Shown here piece after piece: positions 1 to 10,723 of a DNA stretch of 56,630 nt (position 1 is its first letter; each line of letters starts with the position of its first letter). The stretch comes from Methanobacteriota archaeon. GTDB lineage: Archaea; Halobacteriota; Halobacteria; Halobacteriales; Haloferacaceae. A program made the translations under genes and the position numbers. The stretch covers positions 1-56,630 of the forward strand of contig JBNJEE010000001.1 in the NCBI GenBank assembly GCA_051745525.1, read 5' to 3'. Under the pieces are notes generated by a model. That model saw nothing but the letters and a program-made list of their open reading frames with translations, searched no databases and had not been told where the DNA came from.

Positions 1-194
1 CACCGTCGGGTCGGTGACAACGATTCAGAACCGAACGGCCGAGGCTTCGGGGACGTTCACCGCGCCACGACTAGTCTTTTATAAGCGAGCGGCTGAGATT
101 GTCGAAGCGTTCATCGCAGAATCGCCGTTCGGTATAGACACCCGACTGCGTCGCAACTCGGTCGGTTATAAGACCCGCACCAGACCGAACTCAC

Positions 195-1394
195 CTATTC
201 CACGCGCTCGCCGCGCGCGAACACCGCCTCGGGGTCCTGCCACGCCTCGACGTCCTCGGTCGGGTCGGCGTTGAGGACGACGAGGTCGGCCTGATATCCC
301 TCCTCCACGCGCCCGACGTCGTCGAGCCCGAGCAGGTCCGCGGCGTTGACGGTGGCCGCCTCCAGCGCCCGTTCCGGCGAGAGCCCGTAGTCGACCATGT
401 GCGCCAGCTCCTGGGGAATCTCCTCGAAGAAGTTGAACGGCGTACCCGCGTCGGTGCCCATCGCGATGGGAACGTCGGCCTCCAAGGCGTGGTCCCACGC
501 GTCGTCGAAGCGGTCCGCGGCGTCCTCCGCCTTCGCGACGGCGTCCTCGGGGATTCCGGCCTCGACGCCGTTGTCGACGATACCGCGGAGCGCGCTCGCG
601 GTCGGCACCCAGTAGGTTCCGCGCTCGGCCATCATCTCAGCGGCCTCGCGGTGCATGAACGTTCCGTGTTCGACGCTGGATATCCCCGCTTCGACGGCGT
701 TTTTGATCCCCGCCTCGCCGTGGGCGTGGGCCGCGGTCGGCGTGTCGGTCGGCGCGGCCGCGTCGGTGAACGCCTCCAGCTCCTCGGGCGTCAGTTCGGG
801 GGCGCCCGTCACAGCGCCCTCGGTGAGGACGCCACCGGTCGCCATACACTTGAGCACGTCCGCGCCCGCCTTCAGCTGCTCGCGGGCCGCCTTCCGCACC
901 TCCGCGGGGCCGTCGGCCTCTCGGCCGAACCAGTTGCCGTGGCCGCCGGTCATGATCACGTTTCGGCCGCACGCGAGGACGCGCGGGCCGTCGATGTCGC
1001 CGGCGGCGACCGCCTCGCCCGCGTCGAGCGCGAGCGTGCCGCGGCTGCCGAGGTCGCGGACGGTCGTGACGCCCGCCGAGACGGCCGCTTCGAGGTTGCT
1101 CGCGGTCCGGTAGCTCGCGGTGTAGTCGCTGTCGGAGACCGCGGTCGACACGTCCGGGCGCCCGTCCATCATCACGTGGACGTGCGCGTCGATCAGCCCG
1201 GGCGCGACGACGCGATCGCTCGCGTCGATCCGTTCGAGGTCCTCGTCCGGAACGTCCGCGACCGCGTTCGCGGCCGCCTCCGGGTCGCCGACCGCCGCGA
1301 TCTCGCCGTCGACGATCGCCACGTCGGCCCGCCGGGTCCCGTCCGCGTCCGCGACTCGACCGCCGGTGAACAGGTGTGCGCCGCTGTGTGCCAT
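195..1394 (-). CDS. Metal-dependent amidohydrolase (prolidase-like family)
   Basis: PGLIDAHVH (HxH), KCMATGGV, HAHG, SVEHG and GTDAG motifs; acidic composition. Confidence 0.9.
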   Translation of the reverse strand: MAHSGAHLFTGGRVADADGTRRADVAIVDGEIAAVGDPEAAANAVADVPDEDLERIDASDRVVAPGLIDAHVHVMMDGRPDVSTAVSDSDYTASYRTASNLEAAVSAGVTTVRDLGSRGTLALDAGEAVAAGDIDGPRVLACGRNVIMTGGHGNWFGREADGPAEVRKAAREQLKAGADVLKCMATGGVLTEGAVTGAPELTPEELEAFTDAAAPTDTPTAAHAHGEAGIKNAVEAGISSVEHGTFMHREAAEMMAERGTYWVPTASALRGIVDNGVEAGIPEDAVAKAEDAADRFDDAWDHALEADVPIAMGTDAGTPFNFFEEIPQELAHMVDYGLSPERALEAATVNAADLLGLDDVGRVEEGYQADLVVLNADPTEDVEAWQDPEAVFARGERVE

Positions 1395-1491
1395 ACCGAT
1401 CAGACGGAAGGACGCGAAGGTAAAGGGTCGGGTCGCGGTAGGAGAGATCGCAGGGGATCGCGGGCGGATCGCGGACGGGGCGCCGACCGAC

Positions 1492-1794
1492 TCAGGTCGC
1501 CGCCAAGAGCTTCAGGCGCAGCTCGCGCTCGTCGACCTCGTACTTGAACGCCGGGGTGCCGTCGACGAACACGTACGGGACGCGCTCGCCGTACTCGGCG
1601 GCCAGTTCGGGGTCGGTGTCGACGTCGACCTCGTCGAGAGCGACCGTCACGCCGTCGAGGTCGGCGGCGACCGACTCGATCGTCTCGCGCGCGACGACGC
1701 ACAGCGAGCAGTCCTCGCGGGTGTAGAGGGTGACCGGGACGGTCGCGGGGTCGTCGCCCTCCTCGGCCGTCGCCGGGTCGGTCTCCCCGCTCAC
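1492..1794 (-). CDS. Glutaredoxin-like protein (DUF836-type)
   Basis: TLYTREDCSLC (CxxC) and ERVPYV cis-Pro motif; GTG start overlaps the upstream stop. Confidence 0.85.
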   Translation of the reverse strand: MSGETDPATAEEGDDPATVPVTLYTREDCSLCVVARETIESVAADLDGVTVALDEVDVDTDPELAAEYGERVPYVFVDGTPAFKYEVDERELRLKLLAAT

Positions 1795-2171
1795 GGCTCG
1801 CCGTCGTCGGCCAGCAGCTCCTCGGCGACCGTGGCGGCGTCCAGCAGGTCGGGGTCGACCGCGAGGTCGGCGACGGTCGCGACGAACTCCGGCAGCGACC
1901 GGCTCGCGTACGTCACGACCAACACGTCCGGATTCAACTCCTTCGCGACCGGGATCCCGGTCGCCTCCTCGACGTCGGTGAGGACGAAGTAGGCGGCGTC
2001 GGCGATGCCGGCGTCCTCCAGCTTCGTCGCCGTGACGAGCCCCTCGATCCGGCGGATCTCGACGCCGAGCGCCGCGAGCTCCTCGCCGAGGCCGTTCTCG
2101 TCGGGGCCGGCGACGACGGCGAGCGTTCCCTCGGCGCGGCCGCCGTCGGGGCGGGCGGGGATCCCCGCCAT
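1791..2171 (-). CDS. Conserved haloarchaeal protein downstream of guaA (TrkA-N/Rossmann-like)
   Basis: ATG at 2171 overlaps the guaA stop (TGATG); LEDAGIADAAYFVLTD segment; translationally coupled on both sides. Confidence 0.7.
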   Translation of the reverse strand: MAGIPARPDGGRAEGTLAVVAGPDENGLGEELAALGVEIRRIEGLVTATKLEDAGIADAAYFVLTDVEEATGIPVAKELNPDVLVVTYASRSLPEFVATVADLAVDPDLLDAATVAEELLADDGEP

Positions 2172-3088
2172 CACTCGTACTCGATCGTCGCGGGCGGCTT
2201 GTGGGTCACGTCGTAGACGACGCGCGCCACGTTCTCGTTCTCGCCGGTGATCCGGCTCTGGATCCGCTGGAGCGTGCTCCAGTCGAGTTCCTGCGCGCGG
2301 GCGGTCATCCCGTCGCGGCTCTCGACGGAGCGCACCGCGACGACCCAGCCGTGGACGCGGTTGTCGCCCTTGACGCCCGTCGCCTTCCCGAGGACCGCGG
2401 CGAACGCCTGCCACGGGTCGTACTCCGCTAACTCCTCCTCGACGACGTGGGTCGCTTCGCGGGCGACCGCGGCCTTCTCCGGGGTCACCTCGCCGACGAT
2501 CCGGACGGCGAGCCCGGGCCCGGGGAACGGCATGCGCTCGGAGATAATCTCCTCTAAGCCGAGCGCGCGGGCGACCTCGCGCACCTCGTCCTTGTAGAGG
2601 TCGCGGACGGGCTCGACGATTCCCTCGAAGTCGACGACATCGGGGAGGCCGCCGACGTTGTGGTGCGACTTGATGTTCCCCTCCGACTCGATGCGGTCGG
2701 GGTAGATCGTCCCCTGAACGAGGTAGTCGGCGTCCACGTCGCGCGCGACGGTCTCGAACTCGTCGATGAACCCCTCGCCGATGACGTGCCGCTTCTCCTC
2801 GGGGTCGGTGACGCCTTCGAGGCGGTCGAAGAACCGCTCTTGGGCCTCGATCACCCGCAGCGACTCCATGAACTCGAAGGTGTCGCGGATCTCCTCGGTC
2901 TCCCCTTTCCGCATCAGCCCCGTGTCGACGTAGACGGGGGTAAGCTGGTCGCCGACCGCCTCGTACGCGAGCGTCGCCGCGACCGAGGAGTCGACGCCCC
3001 CAGAGAGGGCGATCACGGCGTTCGCGTCGCCGATCGCCTCCCGGATCTCCGCTTTCGCCTCCGCGATGAATGCCTCCGTCTCGACCAT
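2171..3088 (-). CDS. guaA: GMP synthase subunit B (ATP pyrophosphatase)
   Basis: [10 protein letters not shown]-loop, [35 protein letters not shown]-terminus. Confidence 0.97.
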   Translation of the reverse strand: MVETEAFIAEAKAEIREAIGDANAVIALSGGVDSSVAATLAYEAVGDQLTPVYVDTGLMRKGETEEIRDTFEFMESLRVIEAQERFFDRLEGVTDPEEKRHVIGEGFIDEFETVARDVDADYLVQGTIYPDRIESEGNIKSHHNVGGLPDVVDFEGIVEPVRDLYKDEVREVARALGLEEIISERMPFPGPGLAVRIVGEVTPEKAAVAREATHVVEEELAEYDPWQAFAAVLGKATGVKGDNRVHGWVVAVRSVESRDGMTARAQELDWSTLQRIQSRITGENENVARVVYDVTHKPPATIEYE

Positions 3089-4744
3089 CTATAGCCTCAC
3101 GTCCGCGTTCCGCTCGGTTGTGTCCGTCGATCCCAGCGCCGCCTCGACGAGGGAGACGAACGGCGGGCTCGCGCGGTCCGGCCGCGACCGGAACTCGGGG
3201 TGCGCCTGCGTCCCGAAGAAGAACGGGTGGTCCGGGCGCTCGAGGATCTCCATCCGGTTGTCCGCGCGCCCGGAGAAGACGAGACCGTCCGCCTCCAACG
3301 CGTCGATGTACTCGGGGTTCACCTCGTAGCGGTGGCGGTGACGCTCGGTACAGGAGTCGGCACCGTACACCTCGGCCGCGAGCGTGTCGGGCTCGATGTC
3401 GGTCTCGTGGGCGCCGAGCCGCATCGTCCCGCCCATGTCCTCCGTCTCGTACTGGTCGGGGAGGAGGTCGATGACGGGGTGGGGCGTGTCGGGGTCGATC
3501 TCCGCGGAGTGCGCGCCGTCGAGGCCGAGTACGTTGCGCGCGTGCTCGACGACGGCCATCTGGAAGCCTAAGCAGAGCCCGAGGAACGGCACGTCGTTCT
3601 CGCGGGCGTAGCGGACCGCCTCGATCTTCCCGTCCGTGCCGCGGGAGCCGAAGCCGCCGGGGACGACGACGGCGTCGGCCTCAGCGAGCCGCTGTTCGTG
3701 TTCCGCGCGGGTCTCGTCGGCGTCGACCCACAGCACGTTCACCTCGGTGCCGGTCTGGATGCCGGCGTGTTTCAGCGCCTCGTGGATCGACATGTACGCG
3801 TCTTCGAGGGCGTACTTCCCGACGAGCGCCACATCGATCGCCTCCTCGCGGTCGCGCGTGACCAGCTCGCGCCACTCGGTCGACCGCTCCGCCTTCGGGA
3901 GTGCCTCCTCGACGAGGCCGAGCCGCTCCATCACGTGCTCGTCTAACCCCTCGTCTTCGACCATCAGCGGGACGTGGTAGATGTCCTCGACGTCGGGGTT
4001 CGAGAAGACGGCGTCCGTGGGCACGTCACAGAATAAGGCGATCTTCTCTTTGGTCTCCGGGTCCAACCGGTCCTCGGAGCGCCCGACGAGGATGTCCGGC
4101 TGGAGGCCGATCGAGCGCAGCTCCTTCACGGAGTGCTGGGTGGGCTTCGTCTTCTGCTCGCCGTTCTTCGAGTAGGGGACGAGCGTGACGTGGGTGAAGA
4201 GGATGTCCTCGTCGTCCTCCTCGTGGGCGAATTGGCGGAGCGCCTCCAGGAACGGCATCGACTCGATGTCGCCGACCGTCCCGCCGATCTCGATCAGACA
4301 GACGTCGCTCCCCTCGGCGGCCTCGCGGATCCGCCGCTTGATGTCGTCGGTGACGTGCGGGATGATCTGAACGGTCTTGCCGAGGTAGTCGCCGGCGCGC
4401 TCGCGCTCGATGACGTGCTCGTACGTCTTCCCCGTGGTGACGTTGTGGTCGAACGTCATGTCGGTCCCGAGGAAGCGCTCGTAGTTCCCCAAGTCGAGGT
4501 CGACCTCGCCGCCGTCCTTTAAGACGTACACCTCGCCGTGCTCGTACGGGTTCATCGTCCCGGCGTCGACGTTGAGATAGGGGTCCACCTTGACGGCGGT
4601 GACGTCGAAGCCCGCGTTGGCGAGAAGGCGCCCGGTGCTGGCGGCCGTGATGCCCTTACCCAGCCCGGACATCACACCGCCCGTGACGAACACGAACTTC
4701 CGACCCAGCGAGGGGTCGTACCCCGTGTCGGGATCTGCTGGCAT
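3089..4744 (-). CDS. pyrG: CTP synthase
   Basis: [38 protein letters not shown] nucleophile, HPE; likely start ATG 4744. Confidence 0.98.
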   Translation of the reverse strand: MPADPDTGYDPSLGRKFVFVTGGVMSGLGKGITAASTGRLLANAGFDVTAVKVDPYLNVDAGTMNPYEHGEVYVLKDGGEVDLDLGNYERFLGTDMTFDHNVTTGKTYEHVIERERAGDYLGKTVQIIPHVTDDIKRRIREAAEGSDVCLIEIGGTVGDIESMPFLEALRQFAHEEDDEDILFTHVTLVPYSKNGEQKTKPTQHSVKELRSIGLQPDILVGRSEDRLDPETKEKIALFCDVPTDAVFSNPDVEDIYHVPLMVEDEGLDEHVMERLGLVEEALPKAERSTEWRELVTRDREEAIDVALVGKYALEDAYMSIHEALKHAGIQTGTEVNVLWVDADETRAEHEQRLAEADAVVVPGGFGSRGTDGKIEAVRYARENDVPFLGLCLGFQMAVVEHARNVLGLDGAHSAEIDPDTPHPVIDLLPDQYETEDMGGTMRLGAHETDIEPDTLAAEVYGADSCTERHRHRYEVNPEYIDALEADGLVFSGRADNRMEILERPDHPFFFGTQAHPEFRSRPDRASPPFVSLVEAALGSTDTTERNADVRL

Positions 4745-4841
4745 ATCGACCGTCCGGCAGGCCGGGTCAAAACCGTTTCGGACCCTCCGTTTCGGGTGGA
4801 CGTCTGTGATGTCCTCGGGGGAGGCCGCCGGTCGGATCGCG

Positions 4842-6158
4842 CTACAGTTCGACCAGCTTATAACACATCCCGGCCCCATCCCCCTCCTCCGGCGCGCGCT
4901 CCGCGTAGTAGACCGCGTCGTCGGTGACGAGGGGGGCGCTGGTCACGTCGCCGTTCCCCTCGACCGACCAGGTCACCGAGCCGTCCTCGCGGTCCAGCGC
5001 GTAGAGGTGCGCGTCGTAGGAGCCGACGAGGACGTGTTCGTTCGTCGCGGTCACGCTTCCCGTGATCAGGCCGTCCGTGGGAGTCGACCACAGTTCCTCG
5101 CCGGTCGCTAAGTCTATCGCGTACGCGTTGGTGTCGTGGCTCCCGACGAACACTTCGCCGTCGTGGACGGCGGGCGCACACATGACGCCGCCCGTCCGCA
5201 TCGGGTCGGGGGCGTCCGCTCCGTCCTCCGGCGACACGCTCTCGTCGGTTTCGAACTCCCAGAGACCCGTGCCGTCCGCGACGTCGACGGCGGTGACGGT
5301 GCCCGCCCACGACGGGACAACCGCGATCCCTCGGCTGATCGCGATCGGCACCTTGACGTCGCCGCCGGTGTCGAACGTCCACGCGCGCTCGCGGTCGGAG
5401 AGGGACCACGCGTAGACGTGGCCGTCGTTGGAGCCGAAGAGGAAGCGGTCCCGTTCGAGGTCGACGGCGACGGTCGAGTGCGGGTGATCGGTGGGTCGGT
5501 CGTCGCGCCACTCCACGTCGCCGCTCTCGGCGTCCATGACGACGACGGTCCCGCTCGGGGTCGCGTACTCGACGGCGACGTACAGCCGCCCCTCGTGGTA
5601 CGTCGGGCTGGCGGCGGCGGCGTCGCCCACCTCGGTCTGCCATAGGACCTCGCCGTCCGCGACCGACACCGCGGAGACGACTCCGTCGTAGGTGCCGACG
5701 TACGCCGTGCCGTCGGCGACAGCGGGGGTGCCGTGGCTCCCGCGGTCGTCGTCGGAGATCGAGGTCGACCAGTTCGTCTCTCCGTCGGCGGCGATCGACT
5801 GGAGCCGACCCGTGTCGTCGGCGAGGAGGACGCCGCCCGACGGCGCCGGCATCGGGCTCCCCTTCGAGGCGGTGTGGTCGCCGCGGTTCGCCGGCACGGC
5901 CCACTCCACCTTGACGGCGTCCGGGATCGTCGCGTCGACGTGGCCGTGGTTCCGGAGTCCCTGCCGGAACTGCGTTGTGTGCCCCTCCGACGACTGCGGG
6001 CGGTCATCGAGGTCGAGCGGGAGGTCGACGCCCTCGAAGTCGGGCTCGGCGTCGCCGTTCCCCGAGCGGTTGCCGCCGAGCGCGCTACACCCCGCGAGCC
6101 CCGTCACGCCGACGCCGCCGGCGACCCGAATCCAGTCGCGGCGCGTTCGTTCGGTCAT
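4842..6158 (-). CDS. Tat-exported lipoprotein with PQQ-like (BamB-type) beta-propeller repeats
   Basis: [10 protein letters not shown] twin-Arg signal with LAGC lipobox; repeated YVGxxDG..YA....G...W units; start ATG 6158. Confidence 0.88.
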   Translation of the reverse strand: MTERTRRDWIRVAGGVGVTGLAGCSALGGNRSGNGDAEPDFEGVDLPLDLDDRPQSSEGHTTQFRQGLRNHGHVDATIPDAVKVEWAVPANRGDHTASKGSPMPAPSGGVLLADDTGRLQSIAADGETNWSTSISDDDRGSHGTPAVADGTAYVGTYDGVVSAVSVADGEVLWQTEVGDAAAASPTYHEGRLYVAVEYATPSGTVVVMDAESGDVEWRDDRPTDHPHSTVAVDLERDRFLFGSNDGHVYAWSLSDRERAWTFDTGGDVKVPIAISRGIAVVPSWAGTVTAVDVADGTGLWEFETDESVSPEDGADAPDPMRTGGVMCAPAVHDGEVFVGSHDTNAYAIDLATGEELWSTPTDGLITGSVTATNEHVLVGSYDAHLYALDREDGSVTWSVEGNGDVTSAPLVTDDAVYYAERAPEEGDGAGMCYKLVEL

Positions 6159-6260
6159 GGGGTCCGGTTCGGGGGAGAGCACAAAAATCCATGTCGCTCC
6201 GGAGCGGATCGCGGGTCCACCGCCGGTTCCGGGCTCGGCCAACCGCGCCGCTCGACGCGT

Positions 6261-6487
6261 TCGAGTGAAGTTTTGCGAGGGAAGAGCGCTCCGAGAGCGT
6301 CTTCCGCATGTCCGCGCTGTGGGCGCGCTCATGCGAGGGGAGGGATTTGAACCCACGGACCACCGCGAGACGGTCCGGCTCGCTTCGCTCGCCGGCTGCG
6401 ACTCGCGTACTCTCGTTCGCTCGCGTCGCTCGCTCACGAGACCTCTACAGGAACGGATCTTGAGTCCGCCGCCGTTTCCGGGCTTGG
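6261..6487 (-). pseudogene. Disrupted tandem copy of tRNA-Leu plus its 3' trailer
   Basis: 6261-6361 identical to 6510-6610; 6444-6487 matches 6611-6654 with one mismatch; 82-bp insertion between; 5' acceptor strand missing. Confidence 0.85.
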
Positions 6488-6580
6488 AGACGCCAGCGGC
6501 TAGAATAAATCGAGTGAAGTTTTGCGAGGGAAGAGCGCTCCGAGAGCGTCTTCCGCATGTCCGCGCTGTGGGCGCGCTCA

Positions 6581-6664
6581 TGCGAGGGGAGGGATTTGAA
6601 CCCACGGACCTCTACAGGAGCGGATCTTGAGTCCGCCGCCGTTTCCGGGCTTGGCTACCCTCGC
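6581..6664 (-). tRNA. tRNA-Leu(CAA)
   Basis: GCGAGGG/CCCTCGC acceptor stem with A discriminator, GCGGA-CTCAAGA-TCCGC anticodon arm, long variable arm, GGTTCAAATCC T arm; CCA not encoded. Confidence 0.96.
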
Positions 6665-6694
6665 ACGCGGACTGGCGTTGGATCGGCCCCCCCT

Positions 6695-7765
6695 TTACGC
6701 CGTCGGTTCCGCGCCGACCAGCGTCGCTCGGAACCCGCCCTCCGCGGACTCGTCGATTTCGAGCGTCCACCCGTGTGCGGCCGCGACGCGTTCGACGATG
6801 GCGAGTCCGATCCCGGTGCCGCCGCCGCGAGAGACGCCGAAGTCGAGCAGTTCGTCGGTCCGGTCCGCAGCGTCGGAGCGCGCCGCGTCGTCCGGGAGTC
6901 CCGGTCCGTCGTCGGCCACGTACACCCCTCGCTCGTCGACGCCGACCCGAACCGTGACGGCGTCGCCGCCGTGATCGAACGCGTTGCCGATGAGGTTCCC
7001 GACGGCGCGCCGGAGCAACATCGGATCGCCGGTGACCGGTCCGGAGTCCTCGACGACGAGGTCCGCGTCGGCCGGCCGGTCGCCGAAGTCGCCCGACTCG
7101 AGGCAGTCGGCCGCGAGGTCCGCGAGGTCGACCGCGGCGTCCGCGGTCTCGATATCGGCCGGGTCGCGGGCCATCACGAGCGCCTCGTCGATCATCGCCT
7201 CGATCCGGTCGAGCGCGTCCTCGGCGGCCGCCAACCGCTCCGTCTCACCTGTGTCGCGCGCGAGGTCGACGTACCCCCGCGCGACCGACAGCGGGTTCCG
7301 GAGGTCGTGCGAGAGGAAGCCGGCGAGCCGTTCGAGCCGCTCGTTGAGCCGCTTCAGCTCCCGCTCGCGTTCGACCCGGTCCGTGACGTCGCGGATGACA
7401 CCGACCGCGCCGACGACTGACCCGTCGCGCTCGACGGGAGTTAGCCGCGTTTCGGTTGTCACCTCCCGGCCATCCGCGAGCGTCGTCGTGAGCTGGACGC
7501 GCTCGTCCTCGGCCTCGCCGGCGAAGACGCGCACGACGGCGGCCCGGTAGCGGTCCCCGGTTTCCGCGCTCCAGTACCCCTCCTCGACGAGCCGCTCCGG
7601 GTGTTTCCCGTGGAGGACCGCCTCGTCGAACCCGGTCACCTTGCGGAGGCGGTCGTTGACGAAGACGCGGTTCCGGTCGGCGTCGAGGACGTAGGCGCCG
7701 TCGCCGAGGGCGTTCACGATCGACTCGGCGTGGTCGATCGGTGTCGACTCCGGCGAGGAGTTCAT
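6695..7765 (-). CDS. Cytoplasmic PAS-domain sensor histidine kinase
   Basis: PAS ending in VIRDVTDR; H-box FLSHDLRNPL; NLIGNA, DDGPG and GTGIGL boxes; start ATG 7765. Confidence 0.92.
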   Translation of the reverse strand: MNSSPESTPIDHAESIVNALGDGAYVLDADRNRVFVNDRLRKVTGFDEAVLHGKHPERLVEEGYWSAETGDRYRAAVVRVFAGEAEDERVQLTTTLADGREVTTETRLTPVERDGSVVGAVGVIRDVTDRVERERELKRLNERLERLAGFLSHDLRNPLSVARGYVDLARDTGETERLAAAEDALDRIEAMIDEALVMARDPADIETADAAVDLADLAADCLESGDFGDRPADADLVVEDSGPVTGDPMLLRRAVGNLIGNAFDHGGDAVTVRVGVDERGVYVADDGPGLPDDAARSDAADRTDELLDFGVSRGGGTGIGLAIVERVAAAHGWTLEIDESAEGGFRATLVGAEPTA

Positions 7766-7861
7766 GCGATTGGTAGGAGGCGAGAGAACAAGTGTTTCCC
7801 GGATAGCGGCAGGCGTGGCGACGGCCGAGTCTATCGGTTCGTGCGTCGACTTGCCTCGCAC

Positions 7862-8743
7862 TCACCCCGCGATCAGCGCGACGCCGACGACCGCGAGGAC
7901 GGCCGCGACGAGCCGGAGCCGGAAGTGGCGCTCGCCGAGCAGCACGCCCCCGAGGACGACCGCGACGATGGCCTGCGTGTTGATCACCGGGGAGGCGACG
8001 CTTGCGGGCAGCGCCGCGAACGCGACCGTCGTCAGGTGCTCGCCCAGCGCGACGAGCGCGCCGGCCGCGAGGAACTTGGGGACGTCCCCCCGACTCGCCT
8101 CGATCGGCGTCCGGACCGCCGCGGGGAACAGCACGACTGCGACTCCGGCGAGCAGCAGCGGCACCCAAAGCGTGCCGGGGATCGAAAGCTCCTGGAGCGC
8201 GACCCGCTTGCCCACGTCGCCGACCGCGTAGCAGGCCGCGCTCGCGAGCGCCAGTTGCGCGGGTCGCGAGCGGGCGGCTCGAACGAACGGCGCGAAGAAG
8301 CTGCCCGGCTCGTAGTTCGCGACGTACACCGCGAGCGTGGTGACGACGACGCCGGCGACCTGGATCGGCGCCAGCACCTGCCCGAGTAGGCCGACCTCCA
8401 GCGGGAGGACGAACATCGGGACGACCTTGTTGATCGGCGCGACGTACGACACCGCCCCGTCCTCGATGGCGCGCAAGAAGAGGACGAAGGCGGCGGCCGT
8501 CGCGAGGCTCGTGACGGCGACGACGGCGAACCGCCGCGGGACGACGAGCCCGGCCAGGCCGGCCGCGGCGTCGCCGAACCCGACCGTCAGCCCGGTCCCC
8601 GCGAGGAACCACCCGAGCGCCGCGGCGTTGATCGCCACTGTCAGCGCCGCGGGGGGATACTCGGAGAAGGCACGCTTCAGGACGAAGAGATACGCGCCCC
8701 AGACGACGGCGGCGGCGAGCGCGAAGAGGAGTCCGGCGTCCAT
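7862..8743 (-). CDS. EamA/DMT family transporter
   Basis: About 10 hydrophobic segments in two repeats; VSYVAPI and GVLLGE motifs. Confidence 0.88.
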   Translation of the reverse strand: MDAGLLFALAAAVVWGAYLFVLKRAFSEYPPAALTVAINAAALGWFLAGTGLTVGFGDAAAGLAGLVVPRRFAVVAVTSLATAAAFVLFLRAIEDGAVSYVAPINKVVPMFVLPLEVGLLGQVLAPIQVAGVVVTTLAVYVANYEPGSFFAPFVRAARSRPAQLALASAACYAVGDVGKRVALQELSIPGTLWVPLLLAGVAVVLFPAAVRTPIEASRGDVPKFLAAGALVALGEHLTTVAFAALPASVASPVINTQAIVAVVLGGVLLGERHFRLRLVAAVLAVVGVALIAG

Positions 8744-8829
8744 TCGTTCGCCCCGAGCGCGACCGAGGGAAAGAAGGGTTCGATCCGTCCGCGAAACGGT
8801 TAGGTCGCTCCCCGGTGAACGGCCCGCAC

Positions 8830-9384
8830 ATGGACGACCACACCCGCGACCCCGGCGTCGCCCCGCCGCTCGGGAACCCGACCGGGTGGCACGCGGGCGA
8901 GGGCCCCGCGCGGGATTCGGGGGGCGAGCAGTCGGGGGAACCGCCCGAATCGGGGACGCTCGGCGGCTACTGGGAGCACGCGACGCTCCGGGGCGCGACC
9001 GAACACGGCGTGCGGCTGTTCAACGACGGCGCCTACCACGAGAGCCACGACTGTTTCGAAGGCGAGTGGTACAACTACGGGAGCGGCACCGTCGAGAGCG
9101 CATTCCTCCACGGGATGGTCCAGGTCGCGGCCGGCGCGTACAAGCGCGCCGACTTCGAGAACGACGCCGGGATGCGGTCGCTGTTCGAGACGGCCCTCCA
9201 GTACCTCGACGGCGTCCCGGGCGACTTCTACGGCGTCGACGTCGACGACGTCCGGGAGACCCTCCGGGCAGCGCTCGACGACCCCGCCGCGGTCGACGGC
9301 TGGCGGATCGCCCTCGACGATGCGCGTCCGCCGGCGTACCCCGCCGACTACGAGTACGCGGAGCGCATCGACGAGGGCCACTGA
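8830..9384 (+). CDS. DUF309 domain protein
   Basis: [21 protein letters not shown] and HGMVQVAAG signature. Confidence 0.85.
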   Translation: MDDHTRDPGVAPPLGNPTGWHAGEGPARDSGGEQSGEPPESGTLGGYWEHATLRGATEHGVRLFNDGAYHESHDCFEGEWYNYGSGTVESAFLHGMVQVAAGAYKRADFENDAGMRSLFETALQYLDGVPGDFYGVDVDDVRETLRAALDDPAAVDGWRIALDDARPPAYPADYEYAERIDEGH

Positions 9385-9435
9385 GCCTCGCTCCGGATCC
9401 GAACACCACTTATCCGCCGCGCACCTGCGAGTCGT

Positions 9436-10239
9436 ATGGACGTTCACGATCTGGGCGACGGGGAGCCGGAGGTCGCCGTCGTCGGCGCGATCCACGGCGA
9501 CGAGCCCTGCGGCGCCCGCGCCGTCGAGCGCCTGCTCGACGCCGACCTCGACCCCGAGCGCCCGGTGCGGCTGATCGTCGCCAACGAGGCGGCGCTCGAC
9601 GCCGGCGATCGGTACCTCGACGCCGACCTCAACCGCGCGTTCCCGGGGAAGCGCGACGCGGACGCGCACGAGGTGCGGCTCGCGGCCGAACTCGTCGACG
9701 CGCTTTCGGGGTGTACCACCCTCGCTATCCACTCGACGCAGTCGTACGCGGAGCCGTTCGCCGTCATCGACTCGATGGACGAGGTGACCCGCGCGGTCGC
9801 CCCGCACCTCCCGGTCGACGCCGTGATCCAGACGGACGCGTTCACCGAGGGGCGGCTCATCGAACACCCGCACACGCTCGAGGTGGAGGCAGGGCTCCAG
9901 GGCTCCGACGCCGCGGCCGACAACGCCTACTGGCTCTCCCGCGCGTTCCTCGCGGCGACCGGCGCCATCTCCGCGCCGGGCGCCGACGGCGTGCTCGACG
10001 CCGGCGGCCGCGAGGACGTCTCGGTGTTCCGGCTCCGCGAGCGGATCCCGAAGCCGGAGGCGGAGGCGTACGAAGTGTTCGCGCGCAACTTCGAGCGCGT
10101 CGAGTCTGGCGAGCGGTTCGCCGCCGCCGACGGCGAGCCGCTCCTCGCCGACGAGCCGTTCTACCCCGTGCTGCTGTCGCCGAACGGCTACCGCGACCAG
10201 TTCGGCTACGTCGCCGACCGCGTCGGGACGCTGGAGTAG
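9436..10239 (+). CDS. Succinylglutamate desuccinylase/aspartoacylase family (M14-like)
   Basis: GAIHGDEPCG, DLNRAFPG, LAIHST. Confidence 0.9.
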   Translation: MDVHDLGDGEPEVAVVGAIHGDEPCGARAVERLLDADLDPERPVRLIVANEAALDAGDRYLDADLNRAFPGKRDADAHEVRLAAELVDALSGCTTLAIHSTQSYAEPFAVIDSMDEVTRAVAPHLPVDAVIQTDAFTEGRLIEHPHTLEVEAGLQGSDAAADNAYWLSRAFLAATGAISAPGADGVLDAGGREDVSVFRLRERIPKPEAEAYEVFARNFERVESGERFAAADGEPLLADEPFYPVLLSPNGYRDQFGYVADRVGTLE

Positions 10240-10287
10240 TCGACCCCGCCTCACTGACCGCTGCGAGCGCGACCGGCCCCTCGACTC

Positions 10288-10668
10288 CTACTCGACCAGT
10301 TCGATCGTGTCGTCGCCGTTGGGCACCGCACAAATAAACGCCCCGGGTTCGTCGCCCTCGTTGCGGTACCAGTGTTCGACGCCCGCGGGGATGAGGAGCG
10401 CGTCGCCGGGCGACACCGTCTGTTCCTCGTCGCCGACACCGACGACGTACTCGCCGGCGAGGACGTACTGCTCGTGTTCAACCGCGTTGGTGTGGCGGGG
10501 GACCGCGGCGCCGGGCGCGAGCTCGAACCGGCGCATCGCGAAGTTCGGGGCGCCGTCGGACTCGTCGAGGAGGACGCCCTTCGAGAGCCCCTCCGCGGCC
10601 GCGACGGGTTCGTAGTCGACGTCGTCTCCGCGCCTCACGACCGCGTCGGCGTTGGCTGTGTCGCTCAT
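10288..10668 (-). CDS. Cupin domain protein
   Basis: PRHTNAVEHEQYVLAG and IPAGVEHWY cupin motifs; start ATG 10668. Confidence 0.9.
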   Translation of the reverse strand: MSDTANADAVVRRGDDVDYEPVAAAEGLSKGVLLDESDGAPNFAMRRFELAPGAAVPRHTNAVEHEQYVLAGEYVVGVGDEEQTVSPGDALLIPAGVEHWYRNEGDEPGAFICAVPNGDDTIELVE

Positions 10669-10691
10669 GGGCGTCACTGACGGGGCCCGTG

Positions 10692-10698
10692 TATTTAA
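10692..10698. promoter_or_regulatory. TATA-like element between the divergent cupin and M50 genes
   Basis: TATTTAA roughly 25-30 bp from both ATGs (10668 on -, 10724 on +), consistent with leaderless transcripts. Confidence 0.5.
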
Positions 10699-10723
10699 CC
10701 GGTCACCGACCGAACCCGAGAGC

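Noticed and set aside
218-228. cgaacaccgcc 11-mer also found at 16118 and 40735
   Set aside because: This copy is inside a CDS, showing the match can arise by chance; not used to link the elements
4842-6605. 587-aa extended ORF with a duplicated N-terminal peptide
   Set aside because: The extension reads through the tRNA duplicate; the Tat signal starts at 6158
6261-6664. Prophage attL/attR, CRISPR array or tRNA intron
   Set aside because: Only two copies about 250 bp apart, no integrase or cas gene; the copy lacks its acceptor 5' strand and no bulge-helix-bulge was recognised
6695-7765. Histidine kinase with no adjacent response regulator
   Set aside because: Orphan PAS kinases are common in haloarchaea
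8337-10337. Long Arg/Pro-rich or antisense ORFs here and throughout the track (e.g. 10906-12891, 20951-22867, 27937-29655)
   Set aside because: Shadow frames of high-GC genes overlapping well-supported CDSs
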